The notes beneath the pieces are model-generated. The model was not told where the DNA came from. It worked only from the letters and a program-made list of their open reading frames with translations, and did not search any database. DNA of 64,000 nucleotides from the human T2T-CHM13v2.0 reference genome, Homo sapiens, in the NCBI RefSeq assembly GCF_009914755.1, contig NC_060925.1, one strand, 5' to 3'. Below are positions 42,414 through 56,259 of the stretch, piece by piece. The number at the start of each line of letters is the position of its first letter. Position 1 is the first letter of the stretch. A program made the translations under genes and the position numbers.

Positions 42414-44739
42414 GGCTAGTTCTTCTGCTCTGTGTCTGGACTCTGAGCAAGTAGAAGTGAATGTCTGCATTGCACAAAAATGTCATTAGTGACTACAATT
42501 AGCCTCCCTTCACCACTGAAGTGACAGTATTTCACAATCCTGGAGAGAACCTTTAGACTGCATATCCTATTTAGCCAGTTTATTAAAAAGAGGCTTTTTT
42601 TTTTAATAAATCTACTTTTGTGGGAGACTTAAACTACAGTCAGCAATACCTTTGGTGTTTATTGTTTATTTATAAAAATGTTTATTTTCTGTGTACCTTT
42701 TTCTGCCTATTAAATATCAGGTGTTCCAAGAGGCAAAAATAAAGCAATTAAAAACTTTGAAGCTAGCCAAAATCATTTTTACAATACAATTATTTTTCTC
42801 TGATTTCCCACAGATGATGAAATAGCCTAGTCCACAGGGGCTGAAAAACAAAATTGATGTCCACCTAAAACTATTCATGCTTTTTACAAGAATTATCAGG
42901 AGGCAAACAAAATATCCTAATGCTTAATGTCCATTTTGGCCATGGTTCTGAAAATCCTATATTATTTTGCATGGAGTGTTTTAGGTAGGTATGCACCTGG
43001 TACATATGGTTAGCCTTCTAAATTAAATCTTTTAGCATCACAGTTGTTGCATTTTAACAGCTTATTTTAGGTGCCTTATTCACTTCAATCATTGCTATCA
43101 TTAAAAGCAGGATTTTGAGATTTCATGTATACCATATAAGAATGCTAAATTTGGGTTATTATGAAATTTAAAATCTTAAAGCCTCAGATTCATATATCAA
43201 TGTGCTACCTGATAAAGTTTTTGTGCTCCTTTCCCACTTGCATTATCAGCATTGTTGACTCTTCCAGCTTCTTTTAAAAATCCTGCAATAAGTAATCACC
43301 TGCCGCCTTTCTCTTAATGTTCCCTAAATAAATATTGCAGGAGGGACAAAGAAACACTGAGATATTGAGTCATTAGTGGCAATGAAAGAAGAATTGTGCA
43401 TCCAGGAATTAAAAAAAGGAAAGAATTTAAACTCTAACCCATATTCTGCTTCTCATGTCTTTGGCCCTGTTATGTTGAGCTGTTAGAATCTGGCTTTTCT
43501 CAGGTTATGCTCTGATGTCTTTAATTTTTTTTTCTAACCTTATTGCTATCGAGAGTAGCAATGCTAATATAGTACTTTGACTCTCCAATAGTGAAGGCAG
43601 TGACTCAGAAGCAACATTTTGATAACTGTACATTATGGAGAAAGAGTACATTTTATCTCAGTTTTCATTCTATTGATGTTTCCCAAAGTCACAACAGTTA
43701 CAGACAAGAACAATAAAGGTGACCAAAGTAACCAATTTAGGGTGAGAGATATTCTTGACTATTTTTGCTTACTTTTTGCTTATTAATTTCTGTACCATTA
43801 CAATGGGTATGGGTTCTTCATAAATTGGTGCTTAATAAAAACTTTGTGAGTGAACATATAGTGGGGTGAGGAAGGGGTGCTGATTTGAAATTACAACTGA
43901 CTGCAGCAGTTTCTGCCTCCTTAGAGAATGGCATAAATTCTCTCGGTTTAGCAAGACACATTGATGGGCCATTTGGGTGTTGATGTGTAGGGGTAGAACT
44001 CAAAGGCGGAAAAGAAAAAGGAGAATTAAATTTATTGCATAATTAAGTACAAACTTGGGTGTTTCCGGGAATATTAGGAAAGTAGAATGGGTTTCCAGAG
44101 AGAAAGAGAGGATAGAGAAACTCAGCAAGGTGTGAAAACTGAGGTTTTATATGAGTGAGCCATTGATAACGACCCAGGGACTTTTGAAAATGTGGTAAAA
44201 TCTTGATTTTAAATTTTTTGCATATGGACTGTGATGTAATCCATTGCCTACACATTTCAGTAAATGACTGCTTAACCACAGAGCCTTGGGTCACTGATAC
44301 CTTGGGACCTGAAGGAGTCAGAGCATTATCCAGTTGGGGAAAGCTATTGGAAAACAGCTGCAACATATTTGTGATGATGAGATCATCCTCGATTAAATGA
44401 ATTCAATGGAGGCAGAAATCCTGAGCCAAGAGAGGCTAAAGGAAACATAAACTATCCAAGTCACTCCATAGAAATAGAGGCATTTCAAAAATCAGGATAC
44501 TCCCGCATATATCTGCATTACAAGTAGTACAAACATTATTAGCTTCTCTTCAGTTGAACCTGTTCCCAGTCTTCCAAATATTACTAATACAAGTGTTATA
44601 TAAACTACAAACACGAGGAGCAAGTTTATACTATATAACATTGTGTTGATTCTATTTAATTGTGGATTGGGCTTTTTTGGTTGTTGTTCAAGGGTTTTTG
44701 TTTTCATAGGTATCTTAAATTATATAAAATACCTCTATG

Positions 44740-44905
44740 ATATCTTTTAAGTATCATGATGAGACTATGTAGTTGACATTTGCATATCCATTTAAAAAGA
44801 TGAAATCTTGGGTTCAGCAGTTAAGTAATTTGTCCAAAAGTCACATGGACAGTAAGATACAGAGTCAAAGATTGAACCCATGCCTGCCTATCTCCAAGGC
44901 CTATG
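44740..44905 (-). mobile_element. MIR fragment
   Basis: ccatttaaaaagatgaaa...gttaagtaatttgtccaaaagtcacat...gattgaaccca. Confidence 0.75.
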
Positions 44906-45199
44906 GTTACCTGTCTTTCGAAATGAGCTCAAAGGAGAGGAGGTAGGCCATTCTGAGAAGAAAAACAATTATTTCTCCCTTGAATCAATCTCTGATCCTG
45001 AGAGAAAGTCAGTCTGTAAAACAGAAGGCTTTGTGCAAAATCTGTTTTATATGGAAAACTATGAGCCCCACTGACCAAATAAAGAAGAGAACTCTTGAGT
45101 CTTTTCTATAGCATTCAGAATACCAAGAACTAATTGGAATAGTTCTAAAGCCAACAGGGCAAGGAGTAAGCAATATAATTAAATCATCTTGAGGGCCGT

Positions 45200-45375
45200 T
45201 AGTTCACAGTGCAAGACTGGGCACAGATCCAACTGCAATATCCACTTGTCTGTGTCTCTGTTTCTTCATCTGAAAAATGGGTATTATAATAATGTCTACT
45301 TCCCAGAATTGTTGTGATAATTAAATGAGGCAATGCAACTAGATTACCCGGTATGCATGCATCAAACAAGGTGAA
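45200..45375 (+). mobile_element. MIR fragment
   Basis: tctgtttcttcatctgaaaaatgggtattataataatgtctacttcccagaattgttgtgataattaaatgag. Confidence 0.8.
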
Positions 45376-47991
45376 TGATTAAGAGGGTGATATACAAAAT
45401 CATCCCTCCTGCTGAGTTGAACAAAAGTGTCCTCGATACTAGCATGTAATTCCTCTAGGGGTGCTGTGGGACTAAGATTATGGTAACTACTTTAAAGCAT
45501 AATTTTGTATGGATTTTGCTTCCTTTTAATTAAAATTCCTCCTGACATGCTGGATCAGGAGTTTTTAAAAGTGAGTACCAAAAGGCTTTCCAATAAGATC
45601 TTTGTCTTAGTATGTTTGGTGATAGCTAAAGGCAAGAAAACAAATGAAGTCCTACACATTATGTATGTAATAATAGCAAATGGAACAGGTTACTATTAAC
45701 AATTTTTATCACAGCTTATCTGTTCAAATGGTACAATTATTTGAGAAACAGAGTTTTCTAAACGCCATAGAACCCGAAAGACCAAGTATATAGGAAGAAA
45801 TGTTCCCTGAGTAGCGTTGCTTTTGAGAATTCTCCTTTGTCAACCTAGAAAAATCATAACAAAATCCAAGCTAATTAATACAAAATAAATAAATTAATAT
45901 CCCCATATAGGTCATGAAAAGGGTGAGAAAAATGTCACGTATTCCTTATCTCACTGACAAAGACACTTTAAAGAAAACAAGCAGACACACTGGTGGCTTC
46001 TAGGTGTGTTTAACTAATTGGAACAACACTGAATTTTGAATAGATCCCTCTGTCTGCCAAGGGCCATGTTTTACCACGTAGGAATATAGCTGCTAATGTG
46101 AATTCAAGCAGTGCACTCAGAACTGTCTCAGTATCTTGCAGAAGAGACACAGAATATGTGGAAGATGTGGTCTGTCTCCTTGACAGACAAACTTCTATTT
46201 CGCTATCGCTTCTCCAAAGGGTTAAACAACGGTGACATGTTAAAGTGGGGGGAAATGTATTTAGGAAATAATCAATTTTCACTGCTATATGGTACTCTGA
46301 AAGGTTGCTACTGTAATAAAATTAGAATACCACTTTATTATTGCAGTGTAAGTAATTTTATTTACTTTTTAAGTCAACACACACACAGGGCGGTGAGAGC
46401 AATCAGCAGCTGCACTTGTTAGCTCACTGATTAAATATGTTGTCACCTAACTCTGAACTAATTACAGAAAATTGAATCTGTTTGTGCATTAGCCAACATG
46501 GTATTAAGTTTGTTAACCGAGATTTTTGAGCTTGCTTACTCTTTTTACTGCCATATTTTTTAAAATAAGTTTTATTTGTCACTAGCAATTTCACCCAGTT
46601 GCCACAACTTGTTAAGAGAGGTCTTTGAATATTACAGTGTGTTATTTATATAGTAGCTACTTACATCTTTTGATTGTGGAAGAAACCCTCATTGAGAAGT
46701 ACTAGAAAATTGTAGGAGACAGAAATATAAAATTAATTTATATAAGTTTTAAGTATATTTTTCCTACATGATGCCTCCATTTGCAAGTGGACCTATGTAT
46801 TTCAATAGAAGTAAACCTATAAAGCTACTCAAAGTATAACATCAAGCGGACAATCCTATAGAACCAACCTAAATCCCAAGAACTCTGTGACCCCACTCCC
46901 CTGGCTTCTGAAATCAGCTATCTGAAAGTATCTTGGTCAAAGGTAATGCCACTGTCTATGACCTTCTATTCAAGACCCCCATAGTCCAGCTGCCCCAGTA
47001 CCCTAAAGTTGAATAAGTTGACTTGTCTATTTCCAAAAGCAGATAGATGTCAGAGGTCGTTTTCTCCAAAATGCTAGCTCTGAAAGACTGTTGCTTTGTT
47101 TATTACGGTTCTAGTTTTAAAAAGCAACTTTAGGGATGCGGGGATCCAAAAGAGAAAGTCTTAAAGTACTTCAGAGGAGAAAGGAAGCAAGGAAGGAAGA
47201 CCTAGAGCAAAAGTTGAACCACTTTGCTGTTCAAAACCTACTTCACCCATGTTAACTTACCCAAATGAGAAATACCAGTACTTTATATTCATATGATGCT
47301 TTTAACTTCCTCAAAACACTTCCACCTATATCATCCTGTGGAACCCAGGAGCTTATTTTTTTAATAAGTGGAAAGGACATAAGCCATCCTAGGATGTTTC
47401 TAAAAGCTCCATACCAAAAAAAGCTGTCAGGTTTAATTAAAGGAAAATTGCCCAGAAGAACTTCAGACTGGGGCTATTCAAGCAACATGCTTGAATATTA
47501 TCAGGAGAAGAAAACACCTGTCCATTTAAATCGTTGAGAATTCAACAGTTTAAATGATGTAATAACAATTCTAAGCAGGGCTAAATGTGCAAGGATCAGC
47601 TGGAACCACTTTTAGTCAAGGTTGATTAATCTAGTTTTCACAGCATTAGCTGGCCAAACAACTAAACAATGGCTTTTCAACTCTGATGGTCTATATTGGC
47701 TTTAAACTCATTGTATCTTACTGGATTTTGAAAATTATAAATCCACAAAATAGTCTGGGAACAAAATGGAAGTTAATTCTGGTTCATTGTGAAACACACT
47801 TTGTAAAAATGGGCTACGTATACAGCATAAAATAGTAAGTGGAAAATAAAACTAGTTAGATAATGACCAATATACTCATTGTATTAGGTCCATTTTCTAA
47901 GAATTGCAAGACCATGGATTAGAAAAGAAGTGAACATCAAGGACAGCTATGAAAAAAAAAATCCGTGGTCCCTATATCAGTTGCCTTAAAG

Positions 47992-48175
47992 CAGCAGTTC
48001 TGAAACCTGAGTGTGTATCAGAGTCACGTTTAGGGCTTGTTAAAACACATTTCACTAGACCCCTCCCCCAGAGCTTCTCATTCAGAAAGTTTCAGTGGGG
48101 CCACAACCTTTGCATTTCTAAGTTTCCAGGTGATGGTGGTGCTACTGATCCAGATACCACACTTTAAAAATTCCT
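47992..48175. mobile_element. MER5A
   Basis: cagcagttctgaaacctgagtgtgtatcagagtcac...ttgcatttctaagtttccaggtgatg...accacacttt, near full length. Confidence 0.85.
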
Positions 48176-50892
48176 GGTTTGGAATGAGTGATTTGGGATC
48201 AGAGACACTTGAATTCAGGTACAGTTCTAAACACTTTACGCATGTTATATTATGCAATTCTTCCAACAGTCCTGTGGTAGAAATTAGTAACACCTTATAA
48301 AAAAGACTTAACATTTGAGATGCTTGTAAACTACCCAATGCTGCATGCCTAGAAAGGGTCAGAGGCCACATTCAAAGCTAAGTCTGACTTTAAATTCTAT
48401 TCTCATTCTGCTACACAGTGTAGCCATCCAACCCACTTCCCTGTATTATATACATTGTGAGGCATTAATCAACATAAATTGATTATTATGGCATGTTGAA
48501 AAATGAGAAAAAGGAAGACAACCCTTTTCTTTGTCATAAGATACTGAGAAAATTTCATCCTAAATATAATAATAATGTATCTCTAAGAGAGTTTACACAA
48601 AAGGATTTTTCATAATATTGTTATTGTGCATCTTCCACGATGTTGCACCTGTTGGAAAGTTAATCTGCTAAAGACCTGAAAATCACAGTCTTAGGAGAAA
48701 AGAAAGAGAGAAAAAAAAGAATGAGGGAAGGAAGAAACCATCCACAATGAATAAGCAATTGGGCATGAATAGAATTTATTCAGTTGGTGGCTACTGCCCA
48801 AGCAGAATGAATTGGCAGAATAAAGGAATATTACTCTATAATAATAATGGGTGTTCACAAATCTTGAGGTCTACACTTAGTTTCTCCACTAATTCTGTAA
48901 GTGGACTTGGGCAAGACACTGGACAAGGTTTTTCCCTAAAAGCCCTTACAGAATTAGCAGATTATGATTCTGTGAGGAACACCTTGAAAACATGTTTTAT
49001 CCACATCTCTAGCCCTAGCAGAATATCATTGTTTACATTGTCATTGTCAATCTTTCACAGAAAACAGGATGACCAGTTTATTAATGTTTTAAGGAAACTT
49101 CTCAGCATGGAAGTGGCCATCAAATCCATTTCTATACTTTGTTTGGATATAGAATCTCTCAGAATTTTCCATGAGCTTTCAGACACAGTCCCAATACACC
49201 CTAGTGGCTGGCCCTTGTTAGCTGCCAACTTAATCCATCAACTGCTTTAACTGAAAGCTCTAGAGAGCTGAGGCAGCCAAAGTTATTGGACTCTCCCAGC
49301 ACAGCTGAGGAGACATCCCCTCAATAGCTGTGGAGACATGGCCCAGATTGCTTTTTCACTAAAAGGATGTAATTGCTAATGTAGTTATTGACTTGATGGA
49401 TCTGTCCCAGTTTAGCTTATTTCATTAGGGCTGTTTCCTCAGCCATTTTAGGATAAAATTTCTTAGGTATCTTACTACAAAGAAAATGCCTATCTTCCTT
49501 TTCCCCTTATTTTTAACATCTCATTATAACTGGTTTGTGTTTTTAAGGGTTCACAATGTACTAAGTACTATATATAATGTATGGCTGTAATCTCTCAGCA
49601 GTTTATATTCTAAATATGCCCTATCAGTGAATACAAAAGCAGCCTCCATATTCGAGATCCCTAAGATGCCCATGAAAAGCTTTGTTGCTTTCATGAGTCA
49701 GTTATTTTAGGCCACTTATGGTTCATTGATCCTCTTAAACAATTGCTTGATCATTTGCTTGTTCATCAAAATATGGGCAATGTTGCCAAAGAAGCAGTGT
49801 ACCCAACAGCCTTGGAATTTCCTCTTGTGTGGCATGAGTTTTGAATCCATTTTTCAGTTTCAAATTAGAAGACCAAGCCCCTTATTTTTTGTCTTTTAGC
49901 CAAAAAAAGATCCCAGTGATAACAGTTATCAAATGCAGCTTGCAAATCTAAGTCTGAGGTATGTTTGCTACAACAGCCCAGAGAAGTTGGTTTATTCAGA
50001 GTGTCAGGTCGCTTTGATCCAAACTGACATATTCATTATAACTCTACTGATAGTATTTTTTGGAAGGGGCGAAGAAACATAAATAAAACAGATCTATGTA
50101 CAAACTTGATGACTTGGAGTTACGCACTTTCAGGATTGCATCACCAAGCCCACTTGCATCTGAAGCATTGAGTGAGTGAAGGAGTTAATGCCACGCTTCT
50201 CACTGCAGCCCTTGCTTGCCACACTGTAATTAAAGTGGTGTCAGCCTTCCACTATAAACTTGTGGTATGATTTTCAGAGGTTTATGACTCAACCATAAAA
50301 TTCACTCTAGGCTCAAAACTGGCACAAGGCAATGAAAATTGAGAACACAATTTTTAGAGAAGAAAATCATTTCAGCTCTTTAAGGTTATAGAAACTTTCT
50401 TCCTTAGTTTTCATGCTCACATCATGAAAATAAATCTGCTTTATATATACAAATTTTCTATGAATTTATCGAATTTCAATAATCTATGATTAGAGCTTAA
50501 AAATATTTATTTTATATATCTTCCTACTCTTGAATAGAAATATATGATACTAGCAGGTATTAGGGCTTTGGAGAATTGGAGTTGGAAGAAAGCAGAAGAG
50601 GACCAGATCTCATCCCTTTTCTCCATGCAGACAGCTTCCCTAATGACATTTTCTTTCTTCCTCTTACTTCTTACTAAACGTTATTGATAGGTTAAGACTA
50701 ATTCCTTCCTAGGGTTTCCCAATAATTCCTTTTAAAATCTTTAACCCAAATTTCCTAATTGGAAGCACAGGGACATTCTATTCTTTATAAAATGTCTGTA
50801 GAAGAATCTGTGGTAGGAGAGTAACGTGGTTTTTGCCTTAAAGAGCATTGATCAAAAGAATTGGTTTGGCCATTGCAGGTTGTAAAATACAC

Positions 50893-50920
50893 CTTCTCCG
50901 TTTGGGAAGGAAGAATTTGT
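50893..50920 (-). other. Candidate 28-nt microexon
   Basis: Minus strand: ttcatttactcttttgattctactgcttcaag|ACAAATTCTTCCTTCCCAAACGGAGAAG|gtgtat. Both splice sites are weak. Confidence 0.15.
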
Positions 50921-52197
50921 CTTGAAGCAGTAGAATCAAAAGAGTAAATGAATTTTTCAGATACGGCAGTTACAAACCTATTCATGTTTCTTTAGACAAA
51001 ACTCACACACCATTAGATGGCATTTGCCATACATAAGCTGTCACTTCAAGACCTTAAAATGTGTGAAGACCCATTTATGGATTCAAAAATTCCTCCCATT
51101 AAACAGCAAACAACTATTATTCTTAATAATAAAAATGATGAAGCCATTCTTCAGGCATGTTTTTCTCTATCTTTATAAAAACTGTAAACAAAAATATCCA
51201 GTCCTAAATTTATTCTCTGATGAACTCTAGATTTTTCCATATTAAGCATGTTATTTTAAGTCCACTGATTTAAAATAATTTGGAAGGTTAAGGATATGTT
51301 ATGGAGATCACTAAGAGAAAAAGAGAAAATATATTAATATTTTAATAATTTTTAAAAGATCAGTGAATCAGAAGAAATGAAATCGTCTATTGTGGCTTAG
51401 ACAGTTTTCTAGGCATGTTACATTCACATATTGAACTTAAGAAAGGAAAAAACTTTCATTTGAAGTTGATGCTCTCTCTAAGAGGTTGAAAGAGTCTAAA
51501 TCACAGGGATTGGGGGTAAGTAAAAGAAAGCACAAGATCATAGTAAAATTCAACACTGCCTTTGAAGAATGCTCTTTCTTGCATTCATGTGAGTAGACAT
51601 AATGTATGCACCAAGTCCACAGGCAGAAGGCTATAGACTGTCCTCAGAAAGCACATGGGAAAAGGTGAGCCCCTATACTGAGTCAATTAAGCCGTAGGTT
51701 TGTAATAATTTATACTTTCCCAGTAAGTGTGAGGGCAATGAAGAAAAGCTCTTGGGTGCTCACTCTTTCTGTTAAAGCTGAACATACCCATATGGCAGAG
51801 CTCCATTCTGTTGCACATTTTTTAAAAAGTTAAGCTTTTTCTCCCAGCTAAAGAATGGAATATTCCAGATGAGCAGAAGAATAACTAGAGGAAACTGATG
51901 GAGATTTAGCTTGTGGCAGCAGGCAAGAAAAATATTTCCAATGACCCAATTTAAAGGACTATAACCTTGTAGGGCACAGAGAAGTCACAGCATCCTGTAG
52001 GACAAGTAGAAGCTTCATGATCAGAGATGAAACAATTCAGTTTGACAACACTCCGACTTTGAGGCCAAGACCACCAACAGAGCAGGCTTGGCAAGCAGCA
52101 CTTAGAATCCTTGCTCAAAGGACAGAGTGGACTGGAAACCATGGTGTGCAAAAACTGCTGATTGGCCGCTGGGATTTTCAGCCACATCAGCACATAC

Positions 52198-52226
52198 CGG
52201 AAGGAACACTGTCAACTCGGCCATCT
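52198..52226 (-). other. Candidate 29-nt microexon (or 5' part of a longer non-coding exon)
   Basis: Minus strand: ttttctcttcttgcctattgcatttag|AGATGGCCGAGTTGACAGTGTTCCTTCCG|gtatgt. Confidence 0.3.
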
Positions 52227-52859
52227 CTAAATGCAATAGGCAAGAAGAGAAAATGAATGTAGTTTTAAAAACTAATGAAAAGTTCTTTCCAGTGAAGAGT
52301 TTTTGAATAGCAAAAATAATTTTACTGAGGATAGACTTGGGGTGTTGTTTGTTTGTCATTGTTTTGTGTGTGTGTGTGTGTTTCAATGTTCTCACCATGG
52401 ATTTACCAAGTGAAAATATGAACTTCACACTTTCCCTTTAATATTATTTTTCTAAAACAAAAAGATATTTGATCAAAGACTGCATTCTCAGCAATTGCTA
52501 CTTTCATTTCAATCTTAACAATATGAAAAAAGCAGAATTGAGATATAGATGTGGCCTTCTACCTTCTGAATATTTTTAGCCTCGGAAACATATATAATGA
52601 TTTTTCAGGTAAATTATTTTTGGGATAATTTTGCACAAATAGATAAAATTATTTTATATAATTTTAGATCTTTTGTTCAGGAATCAATTTAGATTTGGGA
52701 TCATGATTTATATTTTGGTGTTCACAACATAATTAAGGCAGTTGCAGGTGAGCTGTGAATTGATCTTTTATCTTTATGAATACCAGGAAAGAGAAATTAC
52801 CATTTATTTATTTGTAATGGTAATTACAATTGTAATTGTAATTGTAATACCTGAAACTG

Positions 52860-54540
52860 CTCAGTTCACCTTGACTCACAAGACTGTCCAGGTTCCCAAA
52901 CCATATACTAACTCACCTTCCCTGAGTCTAATTTCTCCTTCTTATTTATGCTCCCAATGTCTTGAATGCTGGAAAGAATGAGTATAAATTTATAAGCATG
53001 ATCTTCCCTCTGCTTTCTATGATATATGCATTGTCCACCTTCTAAGCTGAACTCTGAACTTGCCAACATCCTCTTCCCCATCACAGATCACATATCCCCA
53101 CATCTCATTGTTCTGGGGCCCTGGTACAGGATTTCTTACCTCACGTCAGATTTCATCTCTTGGTTTCTCTTTCCAATCCTTATCAAAACTAATTGTACAA
53201 GCTGTCACCTTTGAAAAGCCCAGATTAAGTAAATCATCACCTACTTAACATTCAACCTTCAGACATATAACTAAATGCCATTCCAGAAGCCCTCCCTAAA
53301 ACTTAAGATTAGATGGTCTTACTATTATACGCTTTAAAGAACTTTGTTCTTTTCAAGATTCATCACGACTACGATCATATAACTCTTTGTGTAACCACGT
53401 GTTTAATGTCTATCTTTCTTGCTGTACTATTAGATACTTGTGAAAAGGAAATTAGTCTGTCTTGTTTCCTGCTGTGGCCTCAGCACCCAGCACAGTGCCT
53501 GGAAAATGGTGGGCCCTCATGAAATGCTGGTCATTGCTGTTAAATTAATAGTCACTGGTCCCGTAAGATATTATTCCTCACAGGGAATATTTGTCTTTAA
53601 AAGGGGAAGAAAAGAAACATGTTTTTTAGTCCGTTTCAGGTACCAGTACTATGATGAGATCAAAAACATTTCCTTAGTGGTGTTCTTAATAACCCTATGA
53701 GGTATGGATTATTGTTCTCATTTTATAAATTACCTGTTCAAAGTCCCATAGCTAGGCTCCAGTTTAAAACCAAGTCGGCCGGAATCCTAAATATTTTCAC
53801 TGCACCTTGCTTCTTTGTTCCCCAAAAAAATAATCTCTGTGACAGAATGCACAACATTCCTTTCTTTCTGACCCTTCATTCATATTACAGAGGTGATCAC
53901 TTATGTTACTTGTGAGCTTTTAACTGTTCTTATTGTTTACTCTCCTGCCTCCTAAAATCCTTTCTCTCTACCACAGCCAGAGTAATATACTTAAAATATA
54001 AATTATGTCACGCCACTGTCCCACCTTAAATCATACAGGTTTTTCAGTGCACTCAGAATAAAGTCTAAGTTCTTTGCAGTGGCCAGCAAGGCCCACTGTG
54101 ATCTGACCTCTGCCTGCCTTCAGACCAGACCTTATCTCTCACCCCTATCCACCTTCATTACCACACTCACACAGGATAGCCCTTTTGGTTTTCCTAGGCT
54201 ACACCAGGCTCATTCCTGTCACAGGGCTTTTGTATCTTCTCTCCTTCTGAAAGTCCACTGTTCTGATAGTCACATGGCTGATTTATTCTTGCCATTGAGG
54301 TCTCAACTCAAATTTTACCTCCTCAGGGAAACTCCTTTGACTCCCAATTTAAGTATCACCCTTTCCTTGATCCCTATGCCTCCCCACCATGGTGTGCTGA
54401 GATATATTCTCATGTAGCCAAGTCAGATCTTCACCTAGCTAACTCTTCTCATCTAGGCCTCAGCCTAATTGTCACTTCCTTAGGAAAGCTATCCCTAACA
54501 CTCCAGACAGGGGAGGTTCATTACTTATAGATTGTTTAAA
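52860..54540 (+). mobile_element. Cluster of L2 fragments (with a MIR piece near 53680-53810)
   Basis: L2 motifs cagcacccagcacagtgcctgg, ccacagccagagtaatatacttaaaatataaattatgtcacg and gtctcaactcaaattttacctcctcagggaaactc. Confidence 0.65.
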
Positions 54541-54689
54541 AAAGAAAAAAACTACACTTTGTATTTGCTAAACTTATAATCAGTCAAATATTGATATCTT
54601 TTAACTAACTGGTATTACCTTATTTATTTATGTGATTTCCCAAACATTAATAAGAATACAAGCTCATTGAGTAGAGCTTTATGGGTCTG

Positions 54690-55925
54690 TCTTTTGTACT
54701 GAAGTATAACCAGAAATAAATAGTTCTTTTTCATGAAATTTAGAGTATAGGAAATGGATTTTAAATAATTCAAAGCATGATGAATATTACAAAAGAGCAA
54801 GCAGAGAACTTGGGGCATGCACAATAGACCCATTCTAGTCTGGATAGAGGAGAAGTCAAGAAAAGCCTTTCAATCAAGTGATGATTAAGCTCAGAACTGC
54901 AATATAAGTAGGAGTTAGCCAGGCATGGTCTGGAAAGCAGGGTGAGATGGCAAGAGAAGACTGTAAGAATATTCCAGGCATCTAGAAACTCATGTGTATC
55001 CTAGAATCCACCACCCCAGACCTCCACTCACTCTGTCCCATTGCCCTGTTCTCTTAATAGAACTCACCACCTTTCGGAAATACATCATTCTCTTGGTTGA
55101 CTGTCTGTCCCTCAAAATCATTAAAATAAAATTTCCATGAGGGCAGGGACTTTGTCAGTCTTGCTCACCACTGTTCCATAGTGCTCAGAACAGTCACTAT
55201 CATTTAGGAAGTGATTGATAAGTAACTTCCAAATGACTGTGTAAAGATCCTGAAGCAGTAAAGGTAAAAGCAAACACCAAAAGAAAAACAGCATGACTAT
55301 CACATGAGATGGGAGGAGATCATGGCATAAGATGATGTGGGCTTGGGGACAGAAGGGTAAGCAGAGAGCTGAACTTGTAAGCATATTAAGGAGGTCGGAC
55401 TTTATCCAAAACAATGAAAATATATTAAGTTTTAAGCCAGCTCTGTTATATAATAAAATATGCAACTTTAAAACATCATTCTTATTAAAGCATAGAGAAT
55501 GGATAGGAAAAGAGCAAAACTGGAAGAAGAGTAGCCAATACTGGGAAATTTTACAGTTGACCACATGAGAAATGATAGTCTCCTGGACCAGGAGGGAGGC
55601 CATGGCAATAGAGAAGAGCAACTGGATTTAAAAGTATTTAAGTAATAGGATTGAATTTATATAATGAATAATTGGATGTAGCAAGTGAGAAGAGAGAAGA
55701 CAGTGTTGATTCCCAGGCTTGAGGCATAGATGAACGATGGGGCCATTGTCCAACTAGGAAAATCACTGGAGAAGGAGCGGGTTTAGTGTACAGGATGGTG
55801 AGTTCAGCTTGGCAGTGTGGATTAGAGGGAACTCTGAGACTTTCTAGGGGATAAGTCTAAAAGACACATGGATATACAGGTAGGTCAAGCTAAAGATAAA
55901 CATTTAGGAATGATCTGCATGCATT
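54690..55925 (-). mobile_element. L2 (minus) containing a nested plus-strand L2 3' end at about 55000-55235
   Basis: Purine-rich antisense L2 body on both sides. The nested part has ccatgagggcagggactttgtcagtcttgctcaccactg. Confidence 0.7.
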
Positions 55926-55943
55926 ATTGTTGATTAGTTGGTT

Positions 55944-56232
55944 ATTTTTAAGTTTTTGCCTCAACTTTTATTTTAGAATCGGAGTACTTGTACAGATTTG
56001 TTACAAAGGAATATTGTGTAATGCTGAGGTTTGGGGTATGACTGAATCCATCACCCAGGTAGTGAGCATAGTACACAATAGGTAGTTTTTCAGCCCTTGC
56101 CTCCCTCTCTCTGTGCCCCTCTTGTAGTCCCAGTATCTATTTTTCCCATATTTATGTTCATGCATACTCAAAATTTAGCTCCCACTTATAAGTGAGAACA
56201 CGTGGTATTTGGTCTTCTGTTTCTGCATTACA
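55944..56232 (-). mobile_element. L1PA16/L1PB-like 3' end
   Basis: caacttttattttaga...catcacccaggtagtgagcatagtac...gctcccacttataagtgagaacacgtggtatttgg. Confidence 0.9.
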
Positions 56233-56259
56233 CCTTTGTTTGTCAGTTTTATTGTCACT

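Noticed and set aside
46100-46240. Plus-strand coding exon (RDTEYVEDVVCLLDRQ... or MWKMWSV...)
   Set aside because: Weak acceptor, no good donor, peptide not recognised.
48747-49250. 167-aa plus-strand ORF
   Set aside because: No recognisable domain, composition typical of AT-rich non-coding DNA, overlaps a MIR-like stretch (48860-48925), no convincing splice context.
55121-55621. 166-aa minus-strand hydrophobic ORF
   Set aside because: Lies wholly within decayed L2 sequence. The Leu/Phe richness reflects pyrimidine bias.
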